The notes under the pieces were generated by a model that was not told the origin of the DNA, made no database searches, and saw nothing but the letters and a program-made list of their open reading frames with translations. Shown in pieces: positions 1-15,562 of a stretch of 64,000 bases of DNA (its first letter is position 1; the number at the start of each line of letters is the position of its first letter). The DNA lies in the NCBI GenBank assembly GCA_964016885.1, contig OZ024754.1, positions 21,576,001 to 21,640,000 on the forward strand. Direction: 5' to 3'. A program made the translations under genes and the position numbers. Origin of the DNA: Eledone cirrhosa (taxonomy: Eukaryota).

Positions 1-3000
1 GGTGCACCATATCCCTGTATGTTGGAATAGGTGCACCATATCTCTATGTTGGAATAGGTGCACCATATCTCTATGTTGGAATAGGTGCACCATATCCCTG
101 TATGTTGGAATAGGTGCACCATATCTCTGTAGGTTGGAATAGGTGCACCATATCTCTGTAGGTTTAAATAGGTGCACCATATCCCTGTATGTTGGAATAG
201 GTGCACCATATCCCTGTATGTTGGAATAGGTGCACCATATCCCTGTATGTTGGAATAGGTGCACCATATCCCTGTATGTTGGAATAGGTGCACCATATCC
301 TTGTATGTTGGAATAGGTGCACCATATCTCTGTATGTTGGAATAAGTGCACCATATCTCTACATGTTGGAATAGGTACACCATATCGCTGTATGTTGGAA
401 TAGGTGCACCATATCCCTTTATGTTGGAATAGGTGCACCATATCGCTGTATGTTGGAATAAGTGCACCATATCTCTATGTTGAAATAGGTGCACCATATC
501 CCTGTATGTTGGAATAGGTGCATCATATCCCTACATGTTGGAATAGGTGCACCATATCGCTGTCTGTTGGAATAGGTGCACCATATCCCTGTATGTTGGA
601 ATAGGTGAACCATATCCCTTTATGTTGGAATAGGTGCATCATATCGCTGTATGTTGGAATAGGTGCACCATATCTCTATGTTGAAATAGGTGCACCATAT
701 CCCTGTATGTTGGAATAGGTGCATCATATCCCTACATGTTGGAATAGGTGCATCATATCGCTGTATGTTGGAATAGGTGCACCATATCTCTATGTTGAAA
801 TAGGTGCACCATATCGCTGTATGTTGGAATAGGTGCACCATATCCCTACATGTTGGAATAGGTGCACCATATCGCTGTATGTTGGAATAGGTGCACCATA
901 TCCTGTATGTTGGAATAGGTGCACCATATCCCTGTATGTTGGAATAGGTGCACCATATCGCTGTATGTTGGAATAGGTGCACCATATCCCTGTATGTTGG
1001 AATAGGTGCACCATATCTCTATGTTGGAATAGGTGCACCATATCCCTGTATGTTGGAATAGGTGCACCATATCTCTGTAGGTTGGAATAGGTGCACCATA
1101 TCTCTGTAGGTTTAAATAGGTGCACCATATCCCTGTATGTTGGAATAGGTGCACCATATCCCTGTATGTTGGAATAGGTGCACCATATCCCTGTATGTTG
1201 GAATAGGTGCACCATATCCCTGTATGTTGGAATAGGTGCACCATATCCTTGTATGTTGGAATAGGTGCACCATATCTCTGTATGTTGGAATAAGTGCACC
1301 ATATCCCTACATGTTGGAATAGGTACACCATATCGCTGTATGTTGGAATAGGTGCACCATATCCCTTTATGTTGGAATAGGTGCACCATATCGCTGTATG
1401 TTGGAATAGGTGAACCATATCCCTTTATGTTGGAATAGGTGCACCATATCGCTGTATGTTGGAATAGGTGCACCATATCGCTGTATGTTGGAATAGGTGC
1501 ACAATATCTCTGTAGGTTTAAATAGGTGCACCATATCGCTGTATGTTGGAATAGGTGCACCATATCTCTGTAGGTTTAAATAGGTGCACCATATCCCTGT
1601 ATGTTGGAATAGGTGCACCATATCCCTGTATGTTGGAATAGGTGCACCATATCTCTGTAGGTTGGAATAGGTGCACCATATCTCTGTATGTTGGAATAGG
1701 TGCACCATATCGCTGTATGTTGGAATAGGTGCACCGTATCCCTGTATGTTGGAATAGGTGCACCATATCCCTGTATGTTGGAATAGGTGCACCATATCCC
1801 TGTATGTTGGAATAGGTGCACCATATCTCTATGTTGGAATAGGTGCACCATATCCTTGTCTGTTCGAATAGGTGCACCATATCGCTGTATGTTGGAATAG
1901 GTGCACCATATCCCTGTATGTTGGAATAGGTGCACCATACCTCTATGTTGGAATAGGTGCATCATATCGCTGTATGTTGGAATAGGTGCACCATATCTCT
2001 GTATGTTGGAATAGGTGCACCATATCCCTGTATGTTGGAATAGGTGCATCATATCCCTACATGTTGGAATAGGTGCACCATATCGCTGTCTGTTGGAATA
2101 GGTGCACCATATCCCTGTATGTTGGAATAGGTGCACCATATCGCTGTATGTTGGACTAGGTGCACCATATTGCTGTATGTTGGAATAGGTGCACCATATC
2201 GCTGTATGTTGGAATAGGTGCACCATATCCCTACATGTTGGAATAGGTGCACCATATCGCTGTATGTTGGAATAGGTGCACCATATCGCTGTATGTTGGA
2301 ATAGGTGCACCATATCGCTGTATGTTGGAATAGGTACACCATATCGCTGTATGTTGGAATAGGTGCACCATATCCCTACATGTTGGAATAGGTGCACCAT
2401 ATTGCTGTATGTTGGAATAGGTGCACCATATCCTGTATGTTGGAATAGGTGACCATATCCCTGTATGTTGGAATAGGTGCACCATATCGCTGTATGTTGG
2501 AATAGGTGCACCATATCCCTGTATGTTGGAATAGGTGCACCATATCCCTGTATGTTGGAATAGGTGCACCATATCTCTGAAGGTTGGAATAGGTGCACCA
2601 TATTTCTGTATGTTGGAATAGGTGCACCATATCCTTGTATGTTGGAATAGGTGCACCATACCTCTGTATGTTGGAATAGGTGCATCATATCGCTGTATGT
2701 TGGAATAGGTGCACCATATCTCTGTATGTTGGAATAGGTGCACCATATCCCTGTATGTTGGAATAGGTGCATCATATCCCTACATGTTGGAATAGGTGCA
2801 CCATATCGCTGTCTGTTGGAATAGGTGCACCATATCCCTACATGTTGGAATAGGTGCACCATATCGCTGTATGTTGGAATAGGTGCACCATATCGCTGTA
2901 TGTTGGAATAGGTGCACCATATCCCTACATGTTGGAATAGGTGCACCATATCGATGTATGTTGGAATAGGTGCACCATATCCTGTATGTTGGAATAGGTG

Positions 3001-6000
3001 CACCATATCCCTGTATGTTGGAATAGGTGCACCATATCGCTGTATGTTGCACTAGGTGCACCATATTGCTGTATGTTGGAATAGGTGCACCATATCGCTG
3101 TATGTTGGAATAGGTGCACCATATCCCTACATGTTGGAATAGGTGCACCATATCGCTGTATGTTGGAATAGGTGCACCATATCGCTGTATGTTGGAATAG
3201 GTGCACCATATCCCTACATGTTGGAATAGGTGCACCATATCGCTGTATGTTGGAATAGGTGCACCATATCCTGTATGTTGGAATAGGTGCACCATATCCC
3301 TGTATGTTGGAATAGGTGCACCATATCGCTGTATGTTGGAATAGGTGCACCATATCCCTGTATGTTGGAATAGGTGCACCATATCGCTGTAGGTTGAAAT
3401 AGGTGCTCCATATCCCTTTATGTTGGAATAGGTGCACCATATCGCTGTATGTTGGAATAGGTGCACCATATCCCTGTATGTTGGAATAGGTGCACCATAT
3501 CCTTGTATGTTGGAATAGGTGCACCATATCCCTGTATGTTGGAATAGGTGCACCATACTGCTGTATGTTGGAATAGGTGCACCATATCCCTGTATGTTGG
3601 AATAGGTGCACCATATCCTTGTATGTTAGAATGGGTGCACCATATCCCTGTATGTTGGAATAGGTGCACCATATCCCTGTATGTTGGAATAGGTGCACCA
3701 TATCCCTGTATGTTGGAATAGGTGCACCATATCCTTGTCTGTTGGAATAGGTGCACCATATCGCTGTATGTTGGAATAGGTGCACCATATCCCTGTATGT
3801 TGGAATAGGTGCACCATATCTCTGTATGTTGAAATAGGTGCACCATATCCTTGTCTGTTGGAATAGGTGCACCATATCGCTGTATGTTGGAATAGGTGCA
3901 CCATATCCCTGTATGTTGGAATAGGTGCACCATATCTCTGTATGTTGGAATAGGTACACCATATCCCTACATGTTGGAATAGGTGCACCATATTGCTGTA
4001 TGTTGGAATAGGTGCACCATATCCTGTATGTTGGAATAGGTGCACCATATCCCTGTATGTTGGAATAGGTGCACCATATCTCTGTATGTTGGAATAGGTG
4101 CACCATATCCTTGTATGTTGGAATTGGTGCACCATATCTCTGTAGGTTGGAATAGTTGCACCATATCCTTGTATGTTGGAATAGGTGCACCATATTGCTG
4201 TATGTTGGAATAGGTGCACCATATCCTGTATGTTGGAATAGGTGCACCATATCCCTGTATGTTGGAATAGGTGCACCATATCCCTGTATGTTGGAATAGG
4301 TGCACCATATCCCTGTATGTTGGAATAGGTGCACCATATCCTTGTATGTTGGAATAGGTGCATCATATCTCTGTATGTTGGAATAAGTGCACCATATCCC
4401 TACATGTTGGAATAGGTACACCATATCGCTGCATGTTGGAATAGGTGCACCATATCCCTATATGTTGGAATAGGTGCACCATATCGTATGTTGGAATAGG
4501 TGCACCATATCCCTTTATGTTGGAATAGGTGCACCATATCGCTGTATGTTGGAATAGGTGCACCATATCTCTGAAGGTTGGAATAGGTGCACCATATCTC
4601 TGTATGTTGGAATAGGTGCACCATATCCTTGTATGTTGGAATAGGTGCACCATACCTCTGTATGTTGGAATAGGTGCATCATATCGCTGTATGTTGGAAT
4701 AGGTGCACCATATCTCTGTATGTTGGAATAGGTGCACCATATCCCTGTATGTTGGAATAGGTGCATCATATCCCTACATGTTGGAATAGGTGCACCATAT
4801 CGCTGTCTGTTGGAATAGGTGCACCATATCCCTGTATGTTGGAATAGGTACACCATATCCCTGTGTTGGAATAGGTGCACCATATCGCTGTATGTTGGAA
4901 TAGGTGCACCATATCTCTGTATGTTGGAATAGGTGCACCATATCTCTGTATGTTGGAATAGGTGCACCATATCGCTGTATGTTGGAATAGGTGCACCATA
5001 TCCCTGTATGTTGGAATAGGTGCACCATATCTCTATGTTGGAATAGGTGACCATATCTCTATGTTGGAATAGGTGCACCATATCCCTGTATGTTGGAATA
5101 GGTGCACCATATCTCTGTAGGTTGGAATAGGTGCACCATATCTCTAGGTTTAAATAGGTGCACCATATCCCTGTATGTTGGAATAGGTGCACCATATCCC
5201 TGTATGTTGGAATAGGTGCACCATATCCCTGTATGTTGGAATAGGTGCACCATATCCCTGTATGTTGGAATATGTGCACCATATCCTTGTATGTTGGAAT
5301 AGGTGCACCATATCTCTGTATGTTGGAATAAGTGCACCATATCCCTACATGTTGGAATAGGTACACCATATCGCTGTATGTTGGAATAGGTGCACCATAT
5401 CCCTTTATGTTGGAATAGGTGCACCATATCGCTGTATGTTGGAATAGGTGAACCATATCCCTTTATGTTGGAATAGGTGCACCATATCGCTGTATGTTGG
5501 AATAGGTGCACCATATCGCTGTATGTTGGAATAGGTGCACAATATCTCTGTAGGTTTAAATAGGTGCACCATATCGCTGTATGTTGGAATAGGTGCACCA
5601 TATCTCTGTAAGTTTAAATAGGTGCACCATATCCCTGTATGTTGGAATAGGTGCACCATATCCCTGTATGTTGGAATAGGTGCACCATATCTCTGTAGGT
5701 TGGAATAGGTGCACCATATAGCTGTATGTTGGAATAGGTGCACCGTATCCCTGTATGTTGGAATAGGTGCACCATATCCCTGTATGTTGGAATAGGTGCA
5801 CCATATCCCTGTATGTTGGAATAGGTGCACCATATCTCTATGTTGGAATAGGTGCACCATATCCTTGTCTGTTCGAATAGGTGCACCATATCGCTGTATG
5901 TTGGAATAGGTGCACCATATCCCTGTATGTTGGAATAGGTGCACCATATCTCTGTATGTTGGAATAGGTGCACCATATCCTTGTCTGTTGGAATAGGTGC

Positions 6001-9000
6001 ACCATATCGCTGTATGTTGGAATAGGTGCACCATATCCCTGTATGTTGGAATAGGTGCACCATATCTCTGTATGTTGGAATAGGTACACCATATCCCTAC
6101 ATGTTGGAATAGGTGCACCATATCGCTGTATGTTGGAATAGGTGCACCATATCCTGTATGTTGGAATATGTGCACCATATCCCTGTATGTTGGAATAGGT
6201 GCACCATATCTCTGTATGTTGGAATAGGTGCACCATATCCCTGTATGTTGGAATTGGTGCACCATATCTCTGTAGGTTGGAATAGGTGCACCATATCCTT
6301 GTATGTTGGAATAGGTGCACCATATCCCTGTATGTTGGAATAGGTGCACCATATCCCTGTATGTTGGAATAGGTGCACCATATCTCTGTAGGTTGGAATA
6401 GGTGCACCATATCGCTGTATGTTGGAATTGGTGCACCATATCTCTGTAGGTTGGAATAGGTGCACCATATCCTTGTATGTTGGAATAGGTGCACCATATC
6501 CCTGTATGTAGGAATAGGTGCACCATATTGCTGTATGCTGGAATAGGTGCACCATATCCCTGTATGTTGGAATAGGTGCACCATATCTCTGTAGGTTGGA
6601 ATAGGTGCACCATATCGCTGTATGTTGGAATAGGTGCACCATATCCTTGTATGTTGGAATAGGTACACCATATCCCTGTATGTTGGAATAGGTGCACCAT
6701 ATCCCTGTATGTTGGAATAGGTGCACCATATCCCTGTATGTTGGAATAGGTGCACCATATCCCTGTATGTTGGAATAGGTGCACCATATCCCTGTAGGTT
6801 GGAATAGGTGCACCATATCCCTGTATGTTGGAATAGGTGCACCATATCTCTGTATGTTGGAATAGGTACACCATATCCCTACATGTTGGAATAGGTGCAC
6901 CATATCGCTGTATGTTGGAATAGGTGCACCATATCCCTGTATGTTGGAATAGGTGCACCATATCTCTATGTTGGAATAGGTGCACCATATCCCTGTATGT
7001 TGGAATAGGTGCACCATATCTCTGTAGGTTGGAATAGGTGCACCATATCTCTAGGTTTAAATAGGTGCACCATATCCCTGTATGTTGGAATAGGTGCACC
7101 ATATCCCTGTATGTTAGAATAGGTGCACCATATCCCTGTATGTTGGAATAGGTGCACCATATCCTTGTATGTTGGAATAGGTGCACCATATCTCTGTATG
7201 TTGGAATAAGTGCACCATATCCCTACATGTTGGAATAGGTACACCATATCGCTGTATGTTGGAATAGGTGCACCATATCCCTTTATGTTGGAATAGGTGC
7301 ACCATATCGCTGTATGTTGGAATAGGTGAACCATATCCCTTTATGTTGGAATAGGTGCACCATATCCCTGTATGTTGGAATAGGTGCACCATATCTCTGT
7401 AGGTTGGAATAGGTGCACCATATCTCTGTAGGTTTAAATAGGTGCACCATATCCCTGTATGTTGGAATAGGTGCACCATATCCCTGTATGTTGGAATAGG
7501 TGCACCATATCCCTGTATGTTGGAATAGGTGCACCATATCCTTGTATGTTGGAATAGGTGCACCATATCTCTGTATGTTGGAATAAGTGCACCATATCCC
7601 TACATGTTGGAATAGGTGCACCATATCGCTGTATGTTGGAATAGGTGCACCATATCCCTGTATGTTGGAATAGGTGCACCATATCGTTGTATGTTGGAAT
7701 AGGTGCACCATATCCCTTTATGTTGGAATAGGTGCACCATATCGCTGTATGTTGGAATAGGTGCACCATATGTCTAGGTTTAAATAGGTGCACCATATCC
7801 CTGTATGTTGGAATAGGTGCACCATATCCCTGTATGTTGGAATAGGTACACCATATCCCTGTATGTTGGAATAGGTGCACCAAATCCCTGTATGTTGGAA
7901 TAGGTGCACCATATCGCTGTATGTTGGAATAGGTGCACCATATCCCTGTATGTTGGAATAGGTGCACCATATCGCTGTATGTTGGAATAGGTGCACCATA
8001 TCGCTGTATGTTGGAATAGGTGCACCACATCCCTACATGTTGGAATAGGTGCACCATATTGCTGTATGTTGGAATAGGTGCACCATATCCTGTATGTTGG
8101 AATAGGTGCACCATATCCCTGTATGTTGGAATAGGTGCACCATATCGCTGTATGTTGGAATAGGTGCACCATATCGCTGTATGTTGGAATAGGTGCACCA
8201 TATCCCTGTATGTTGGAATAGGTGCACCATATCGCTGTATGTTGAAATAGGTGCTCCATATCCCTTTATGTTGGAATAGGTGCACCATATCGCTGTATGT
8301 TGGAATAGGTGCACCATATCCCTGTATGTTGGAATAGGTGCACCATATCCCTGTATGTTGGAATAGGTGCACCATATCCTTGTATGGTGAAATAGGTGCA
8401 CCATATCGCTGTATGTTGGAATAGGTGCACCATATCCCTGTATGTTGGAATAGGTGCACCATATCCCTGTATGTTGGAATAGGTGCACCATATCGCTGTA
8501 TGTTGGAATAGGTGCACCATATCCCTGTATGTTGGAATAGGTGCACCATATCCTTGTATGTTGGAATGGGTGCACCATATCCCTGTATGTTGGAATAGGT
8601 GCACCATATCCCTGTATGTAGGAATAGGTGCACCATATCGCTGTATGTTGGAATAGGTGCACCATATCCCTGTATGTTGGAATAGGTGCACCATATCGCT
8701 GTATGTTGAAATAGGTGCTCCATATCCCTTTATGTTGGAATAGGTGCACCATATCACTGTATGTTGGAATAGGTGCACCATATCGCTGTATGTTGGAATA
8801 GGTGCACCATATCCTTGTATGTTGGAATAGGTACACCATATCCTTGTATGTTGGAATAGGTGCACCATATCCCTGTATGTTGGAATAGGTGCACCATATC
8901 TCTGAAGGTTGGAATAGGTGCACCATATCCTTGTATGTTGAAATAGGTGCACCATATCCCTGTATGTTGGAATAGGTGCACCATATCTCTGTATGTTGGA

Positions 9001-12000
9001 ATAGGTACACCATATCCCTACATGTTGGAATAGGTGCACCATATCGCTGTATGTTGGAATAGGTGCACCATATCCTGTATGTTGGAATAGGTGCACCATA
9101 TCCCTGTATGTTGGAATAGGTGCACCATATCTCTGTATGTTGGAATAGGTGCACCATATCCCTGTATGTTGGAATTGGTGCACCATATCTCTGTAGGTTG
9201 GAATAGTTGCACCATATCCTTGTATGTTGGAATAGGTGCACCATATCCCTGTATGTTGGAATAGGTACACCATATCCCTGTATGTTGGAATAGGTGCACC
9301 AAATCCCTGTATGTTGGAATAGGTGCACCATATCCTTGTATGTTGGAATAGGTGCACCATATCCCTGTATGTAGGAATAGGTGCACCATATTGCTGTATG
9401 CTGGAATAGGTGCACCATATCCCTGTATGTTGGAATAGGTGCACCATATCTCTGTAGGTTGGAATAGGTGCACCATATCGCTGTATGTTGGAATAGGTGC
9501 ACCATATCCTTGTATGTTGGAATAGGTACACCATATCCCTGTATGTTGGAATAGGTGCACCATATCCCTGTATGTTGGAATAGGTGCACCATATCCCTGT
9601 ATGTTGGAATAGGTGCACCATATCCCTGTATGTTGGAATAGGTGCACCATATCCCTGTAGGTTGGAATAGGTGCACCATATCCCTGTATGTTGGAATAGG
9701 TGCACCATATCACTGTATGTTGGAATAGGTGCACCATATCTCTGTATGTTGGAATAGGTGCACCATATCCCTGTATGTTGGAATAGGTGCACCATATCCC
9801 TGTATGTTGGAATAGGTGCACCATATCTCTATGTTGGAATAGGTGCACCATATCCCTGTATGTTGGAATAGGTGCACCATATCTCTGTATGTTGGAATAG
9901 GTGCACCATATCTCTGTATGTTGGAATAGGTGCACCATATCCCTGTATGTTGGAATAGGTGCACCATATCCCTGTATGTTGGAATAGGTGCACCATATCC
10001 CTGTATGTTGGAATAGGTGCACCATATCTCTATGTTGGAATAGGTGCACCATATCTCTGTATGTTGGAATAGGTGCACCATATCCCTGTATGTTGGAATA
10101 GGTGCACCATATCTCTATGTTGGAATAGGTGCACCATATCGCTGTATGTTGGAATAGGTGCACCATATCCCTGTATGTTGGAATAGGTGCACCATATTGC
10201 TGTATGTTGGAATAGGTGCACCATATCTGTAGGTTTAAATAGGTACACCATATCCCTACATGTTGGAATAGGTGCACCATATCGCTTCATGTTGGAATAG
10301 GTGCACCATATCCCTGTATGTTGGAATAGGTGCACCATATCCCTGTATGTTGGAATAGGCGCACCATATCCCTGTATGTTGGAATTGGTGCACCATATCC
10401 TTGTATGTTGGAATAGGTGCACCATATCTCTGTATGTTGGAATAGGTACACCATATTGCTGTATGTTGGAATAGGTGCACCATATCCCTGTATGTTGGAA
10501 TAGGTGCAACATATCGTTGTATGTTGGAATAGGTGCACCATGTCCCTTTATGTTGGAATAGGTGCACCATATCGCTGTATGTTGGAATAGGTGCACCATA
10601 TCTCTAGGTTTAAATAGGTGCACCATATCCCTGTATGTTGGAATAGGTGCACCATATCCCTGTATGTTGGAATAGGTGCACCAAATCCCTGTATGTTGGA
10701 ATAGGTGCACCATATCGCTGTATGTTGGAATAGGTGCACCATATCTCTGTATGTTGGAATAGGTGCACCATGTCGCTGTATGTTTGAATAGGTGCTCCAT
10801 ATCCCTTTATGTTGGAATAGGTGCACCATATCGCTGTAGGTTGGAATAGGTGCACCATATCGCTGTATGTTGGAATAGGTGCACCATATCCCTGTATGTT
10901 GGAATAGGTGCACCATATCCCTGTATGTTGGAATAGGTGCACCATATCCCTGTATGTTGGAATAGGTGCACCATATCCCTTTATGTTGGAATAGGTGCAC
11001 CATATCCCTGTATGTTGGAATAGGTGCACCATATCCCTACATGTTGGAATAGGTGCACCATATCCCTTTATGTTGGAATAGGTGCACCATATCCCTGTAT
11101 GTTGGAATAGGTGCACCATATCGCTGTATGTTGGAATAGGTGCACCATATCCCTGTATGTTGGAATAGGTGCACCATATCTCTATGTTGGAATAGGTGCA
11201 CCATATCTCTGTATGTTGGAATAGGTGCACCATATCCCTGTATGTTGGAATAGGTGCACCATATCCTTGTATGTTGGAATAGGTGCACCATATCCCTGTA
11301 TGTTGGAATAGGTGCACCATATCCTTGTATGTTGGAATAGGTGCACCATATCCCTACATGTTGGAATAGGTGCACCATATCCCTGTATGTTGGAATAGGT
11401 GCACCATATCCTTGTATGTTGGAATAGGTGCACCATATCCCTACATGTTGGAATAGGTGCACCATATCCCTGTATGTTGGAATAGGTGCGCCATATCCTT
11501 GTATGTTGGAATAGGTGCACCATATCCCTACATGTTGGAATAGGTGCACCATATCTCTGTGTTGGAATAGGTGCACCATATCTCTGTATGTTGGAATAGG
11601 TGCACCAAATCCTTGTATGTTGGAATAGGTGCACCATATCCTTGTATGTTGGAATAGGTGCACCATATCCCTGTATGTTGGAATAGGTGCACCATATCGC
11701 TATATGTTGGAATAGGTGCACCGTATCCCTGTATGTTGGAATAGGTGCACCATATCCCTGTATGTTGGAATAGGTGCACCATATCCCTGTATGTTGGAAT
11801 AGGTGCACCGTATCCCTGTATGTTGGAATAGGTGCACCATATCCCTGTATGTTGGAATAGGTGCACCATATCCCTGTATGTTGGAATAGGTGCACCATAT
11901 CCCTTTATGTTGGAATAGGTGCACCATATCTCTGTAGGTTGGAATAGGTGCACCATATCCTTGTATGTTGGAATAGGTGCACCATATCTCTGTATGTTGG

Positions 12001-15000
12001 AATAAGTGCACCATATCCCTACATGTTGGAATAGGTGCACCATATCGCTGTAGGTTGGAATAGGTGCACCATATCGCTGTATGTTGGAATAGGTGCACCA
12101 TATCCCTGTATGTTGGAATAGGTGCACCATATCCCTGTATGTTGGAATAGGTGCACCATATCCCTTTATGTTGGAATAGGTGCACCATATCCCTGTATGT
12201 TGGAATAGGTGCACAATATCTCTGTAGGTTTAAATAGGTGCACCATATCGCTGTATGTTGGAATAGGTGCACCATATCTCTGTAGGTTTAAATAGGTGCA
12301 CCATATCCCTGTATGTTGGAATAGGTGCACCATATCTCTGTAGGTTGGAATATGTGCACCATATCTCTATGTTGGAATAGGTGCACCATATCGCTATATG
12401 TTGGAATAGGTGCACCATATCCCTGTATGTTGGAATAGGTGCACCATATCCCTGTATGTTGGAATAGGTGCACCATATCCCTGTATGTTGGAATAGGTGC
12501 ACCATATCCCTTTATGTTGGAATAGGTGCACCATATCTCTGTAGGTTGGAATAGGTGCACCATATCCTTGTATGTTGGAATAGGTGCACCATATCTCTGT
12601 ATGTTGGAATAAGTGCACCATATCCCTACATGTTGGAATAGGTGCACCATATCGCTGTATGTTGGAATAGGTGCACCATATCCCTGTATGTTGGAATAGG
12701 TGCACCATATCCCTGTATGTTGGAATAGGTGCACCATATCCCTTTATGTTGGAATAGGTGCACCATATCGCTGTATGTTGGAATAGGTGCACCATATCTC
12801 TGTATGTTGGAATAGGTGCACCATGTCGCTGTGTTTGAATAGGTGCTCCATATCCCTTTATGTTGGAATAGGTGCACCATATCACTGTATGTTGGACTAG
12901 GTGCACCATATTGCTGTATGTTGGAATAGGTGCACCATATCCCTACATGTTGGAATAGGTGCACCATATCGCTGTATGTTGGAATAGGTGCACCATATCC
13001 CTGTATGTTGGAATAGGTGCACCATATCGCTGTATGTTGGAATAGGTGCACCATATCCCTGTATGTTGGAATATGTGCACCATATCGCTGTATGTTGGAA
13101 TAGGTGCACCATATCCCTCTATGTTGGAATAGGTGCACCATATCTCTGTATGTTGGAATAGGTGCACCATATCTCTGTATGTTGGAATAGGTGCACCATA
13201 TCTCTGTATGTTGGAATAGGTGCACCATATCCCTGTATGTTGGAATAGGTGCACCATATCACTGTATGTTGGAATAGGTGCACCATATCCCTGTATGTTG
13301 GAATAGGTGCACCATATCTCTGTATGTTGGAATAGGTGCACCATATCTCTGTATGTTGGAATAGGTGCACCATATCTCTAGGTTTAAATAGGTACACCAT
13401 ATCCCTGTATGTTGGAATAGGTGCACCATATCCCTGTATGTTGGAATAGGTGCACCATATCCTTGTATGTTGGAATAGGTGCACCATATCCCTACATGTT
13501 GGAATAGGTGCACTATATCCCTGTATGTTGGAATAGGTGCACCATATCCTTGTATGTTGGAATAGGTGCATCATATCCCTACATGTTGGAATAGGTGCAC
13601 CATATCCCTGTATGTTGGAATAGGTGCACCATATCCTTGTATGTTGGAATAGGTGCACCATATCCCTACATGTTGGAATAGGTGCACCATATCCCTACAT
13701 GTTGGAATAGGTGCACCATATCCCTGTATGTTGGAATAGGTGCACCATATCCTTGTATGTTGGAATAGGTGCACCATATCTCTGTATGTTGGAATAGGTG
13801 CACCATATCTCTGTATGTTGGAATAGGTGCACCAAATCCGTGTATGTTGGAATAGGTGCACCATATCTCTGTAGGTTGGAATAGGTGCACCAAATCCTTG
13901 TATGTTGGAATAGGTGCACCATATCCCTGTATGTTGGAATAGGTGCACCATATCGCTGTAGGTTGGAATAGGTGCACCATATCTCTGTAGGTTGGAATAG
14001 GTGCACCATATCCCTGTATGTTGGAATAGGTGCACCATATCCCTGTATGTTGGAATAGGTGCACCATATCCCTGTAGGTTTAAATAGGTGCACCATATCC
14101 CTGTATGTTGGAATAGGTGCACGATATCCCTTTATGTTGGAATAGGTGCACCATATCGCTGTATGTTGGAATAGGTGCACCATATCCCTTTATGTTGGAA
14201 TATGTGCACCATATCGCTGTATGTTGGAATAGGTGCACCATATCGCTGTATGTTGGAATAGGTGCACCATATCTCTATGTTGGAATAGGTGCACCATATC
14301 CCTGTATGTTGGAATAGGTGCACCATATACCTGTATGTTGGAATAGGTGCACCATATCCCTGTAGGTTGGAATAGGTGCACCATATCGCTGTATGTTGGA
14401 ATAGGTGCACCATATCCTTGTATGTTGGAATAGGTACACCATGTCCCTTTATGTTGGAATAGGTGCACCATATCGCTGTATGTTGGAATAGGTGCGCAAT
14501 ATCTCTGTAGGTTTTAATAGGTGCACCATATCGCTGTATGTTGGAATAGGTGCACCATATCTCTGTAGGTTTAAATAGGTGCACCATATCCCTGTATGTT
14601 GGAATAGGTGCACCATATCTCTGTAGGTTGGAATCGGTGCACCATATCTCTGTATGTTGGAATAGGTGCACCATATCGCTGTATGTTGGAATAGGTGCAC
14701 CATATCCCTGTATGTTGGAATCGGTACACCATATCTCTGTATGTTGGAATAGGTGCACCATATCCCTGTAGGTTTAAATAGGTGCACCATATCCCTGTAT
14801 GTTGGAATAGGTTCACCATATCCCTGTAGGTTGGAATAGGTGCACCATATCTCTGTAGGTTTAAATAGGTGCACCATATCGCTGTATGTTGGAATAGGTG
14901 CACCATATCTCTGTATGTTGGAATAGGTGCACCATATCCCTGTATGTTGGAATAGGTGCACCATATCTCTGTAGGTTGGAATAGGTGCACCATATCGCTG

Positions 15001-15386
15001 TATGTTGGAATAGGTACACCATATCCCTGTAGGTTGGAATAGGTGCACCATATCCCTGTATGTTGGAATAGGTGCACCATATCTCTGTAGGTTTAAATAG
15101 GTGCACCACATCCCTGTATGTTGGAATAGGTGCACCATATCCCTGTATGTTGGAATAGGTACACCATATCCCTGTAGGTTGGAATAGGTGCACCATATCC
15201 CTGTATGTTGGAATAGGTGCACCATATCTCTGTAGGTTTAAATAGGTGCACCACACCCCTGTATGTTGGAATAGGTGCACCATATCCCTGTATGTTGGAA
15301 TAGCTGCACCATATCTCTGTAGGTTGGAATAGGTGCACCATATCGCTGTATGTTGGAATAGGTGCACCATATCGCTACATGTTGAA
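1..15386. repeat. 29-bp tandem satellite/minisatellite array (about 530 units in window, continues beyond left edge)
   Basis: Consensus GGTGCACCATATCCCTGTATGTTGGAATA repeated head-to-tail, with 27- and 28-bp deletion variants. Variation is concentrated after CCATAT (CCCTG/CGCTG/CTCTG/CCTTG/CCCTAC/CCCTT). Ends at ...CGCTACATGTTGAA. Confidence 0.99.
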
Positions 15387-15562
15387 AAAGAATCCAGTAA
15401 CAAAACATTGGCCTAAAGAGAGGTCCATGATGACTATGAAACCTGTGATGGGGCTCATATGGCTAACTCCTGCTTTAACAGGAAACACCCCCACCCCCAC
15501 CCCCCAAAAAACTCTAAATATTGTTCTTATTGCTCATAATTTCCTTTATTTTCTTCCTTTAG

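Noticed and set aside
1-15386. CRISPR-like appearance (constant segment with palindrome alternating with a variable segment)
   Set aside because: The variable part is only a few bases drawn from a small recurring set, not unique spacers. There are no cas genes and the context is eukaryotic.
419-15403. Dozens of long minus-strand ORFs (MVHLFQHTGIWCTYSNIQGYGAPIPTYRD repeats)
   Set aside because: They result from a 29-bp unit lacking stops on that strand. Common variants introduce stops and frameshifts freely, so there is no sign of coding constraint.
15379-15562. N-terminal part of the 114-aa ORF 15379-15723
   Set aside because: It lies upstream of a strong splice acceptor and shows no family similarity, so it is intronic read-through.
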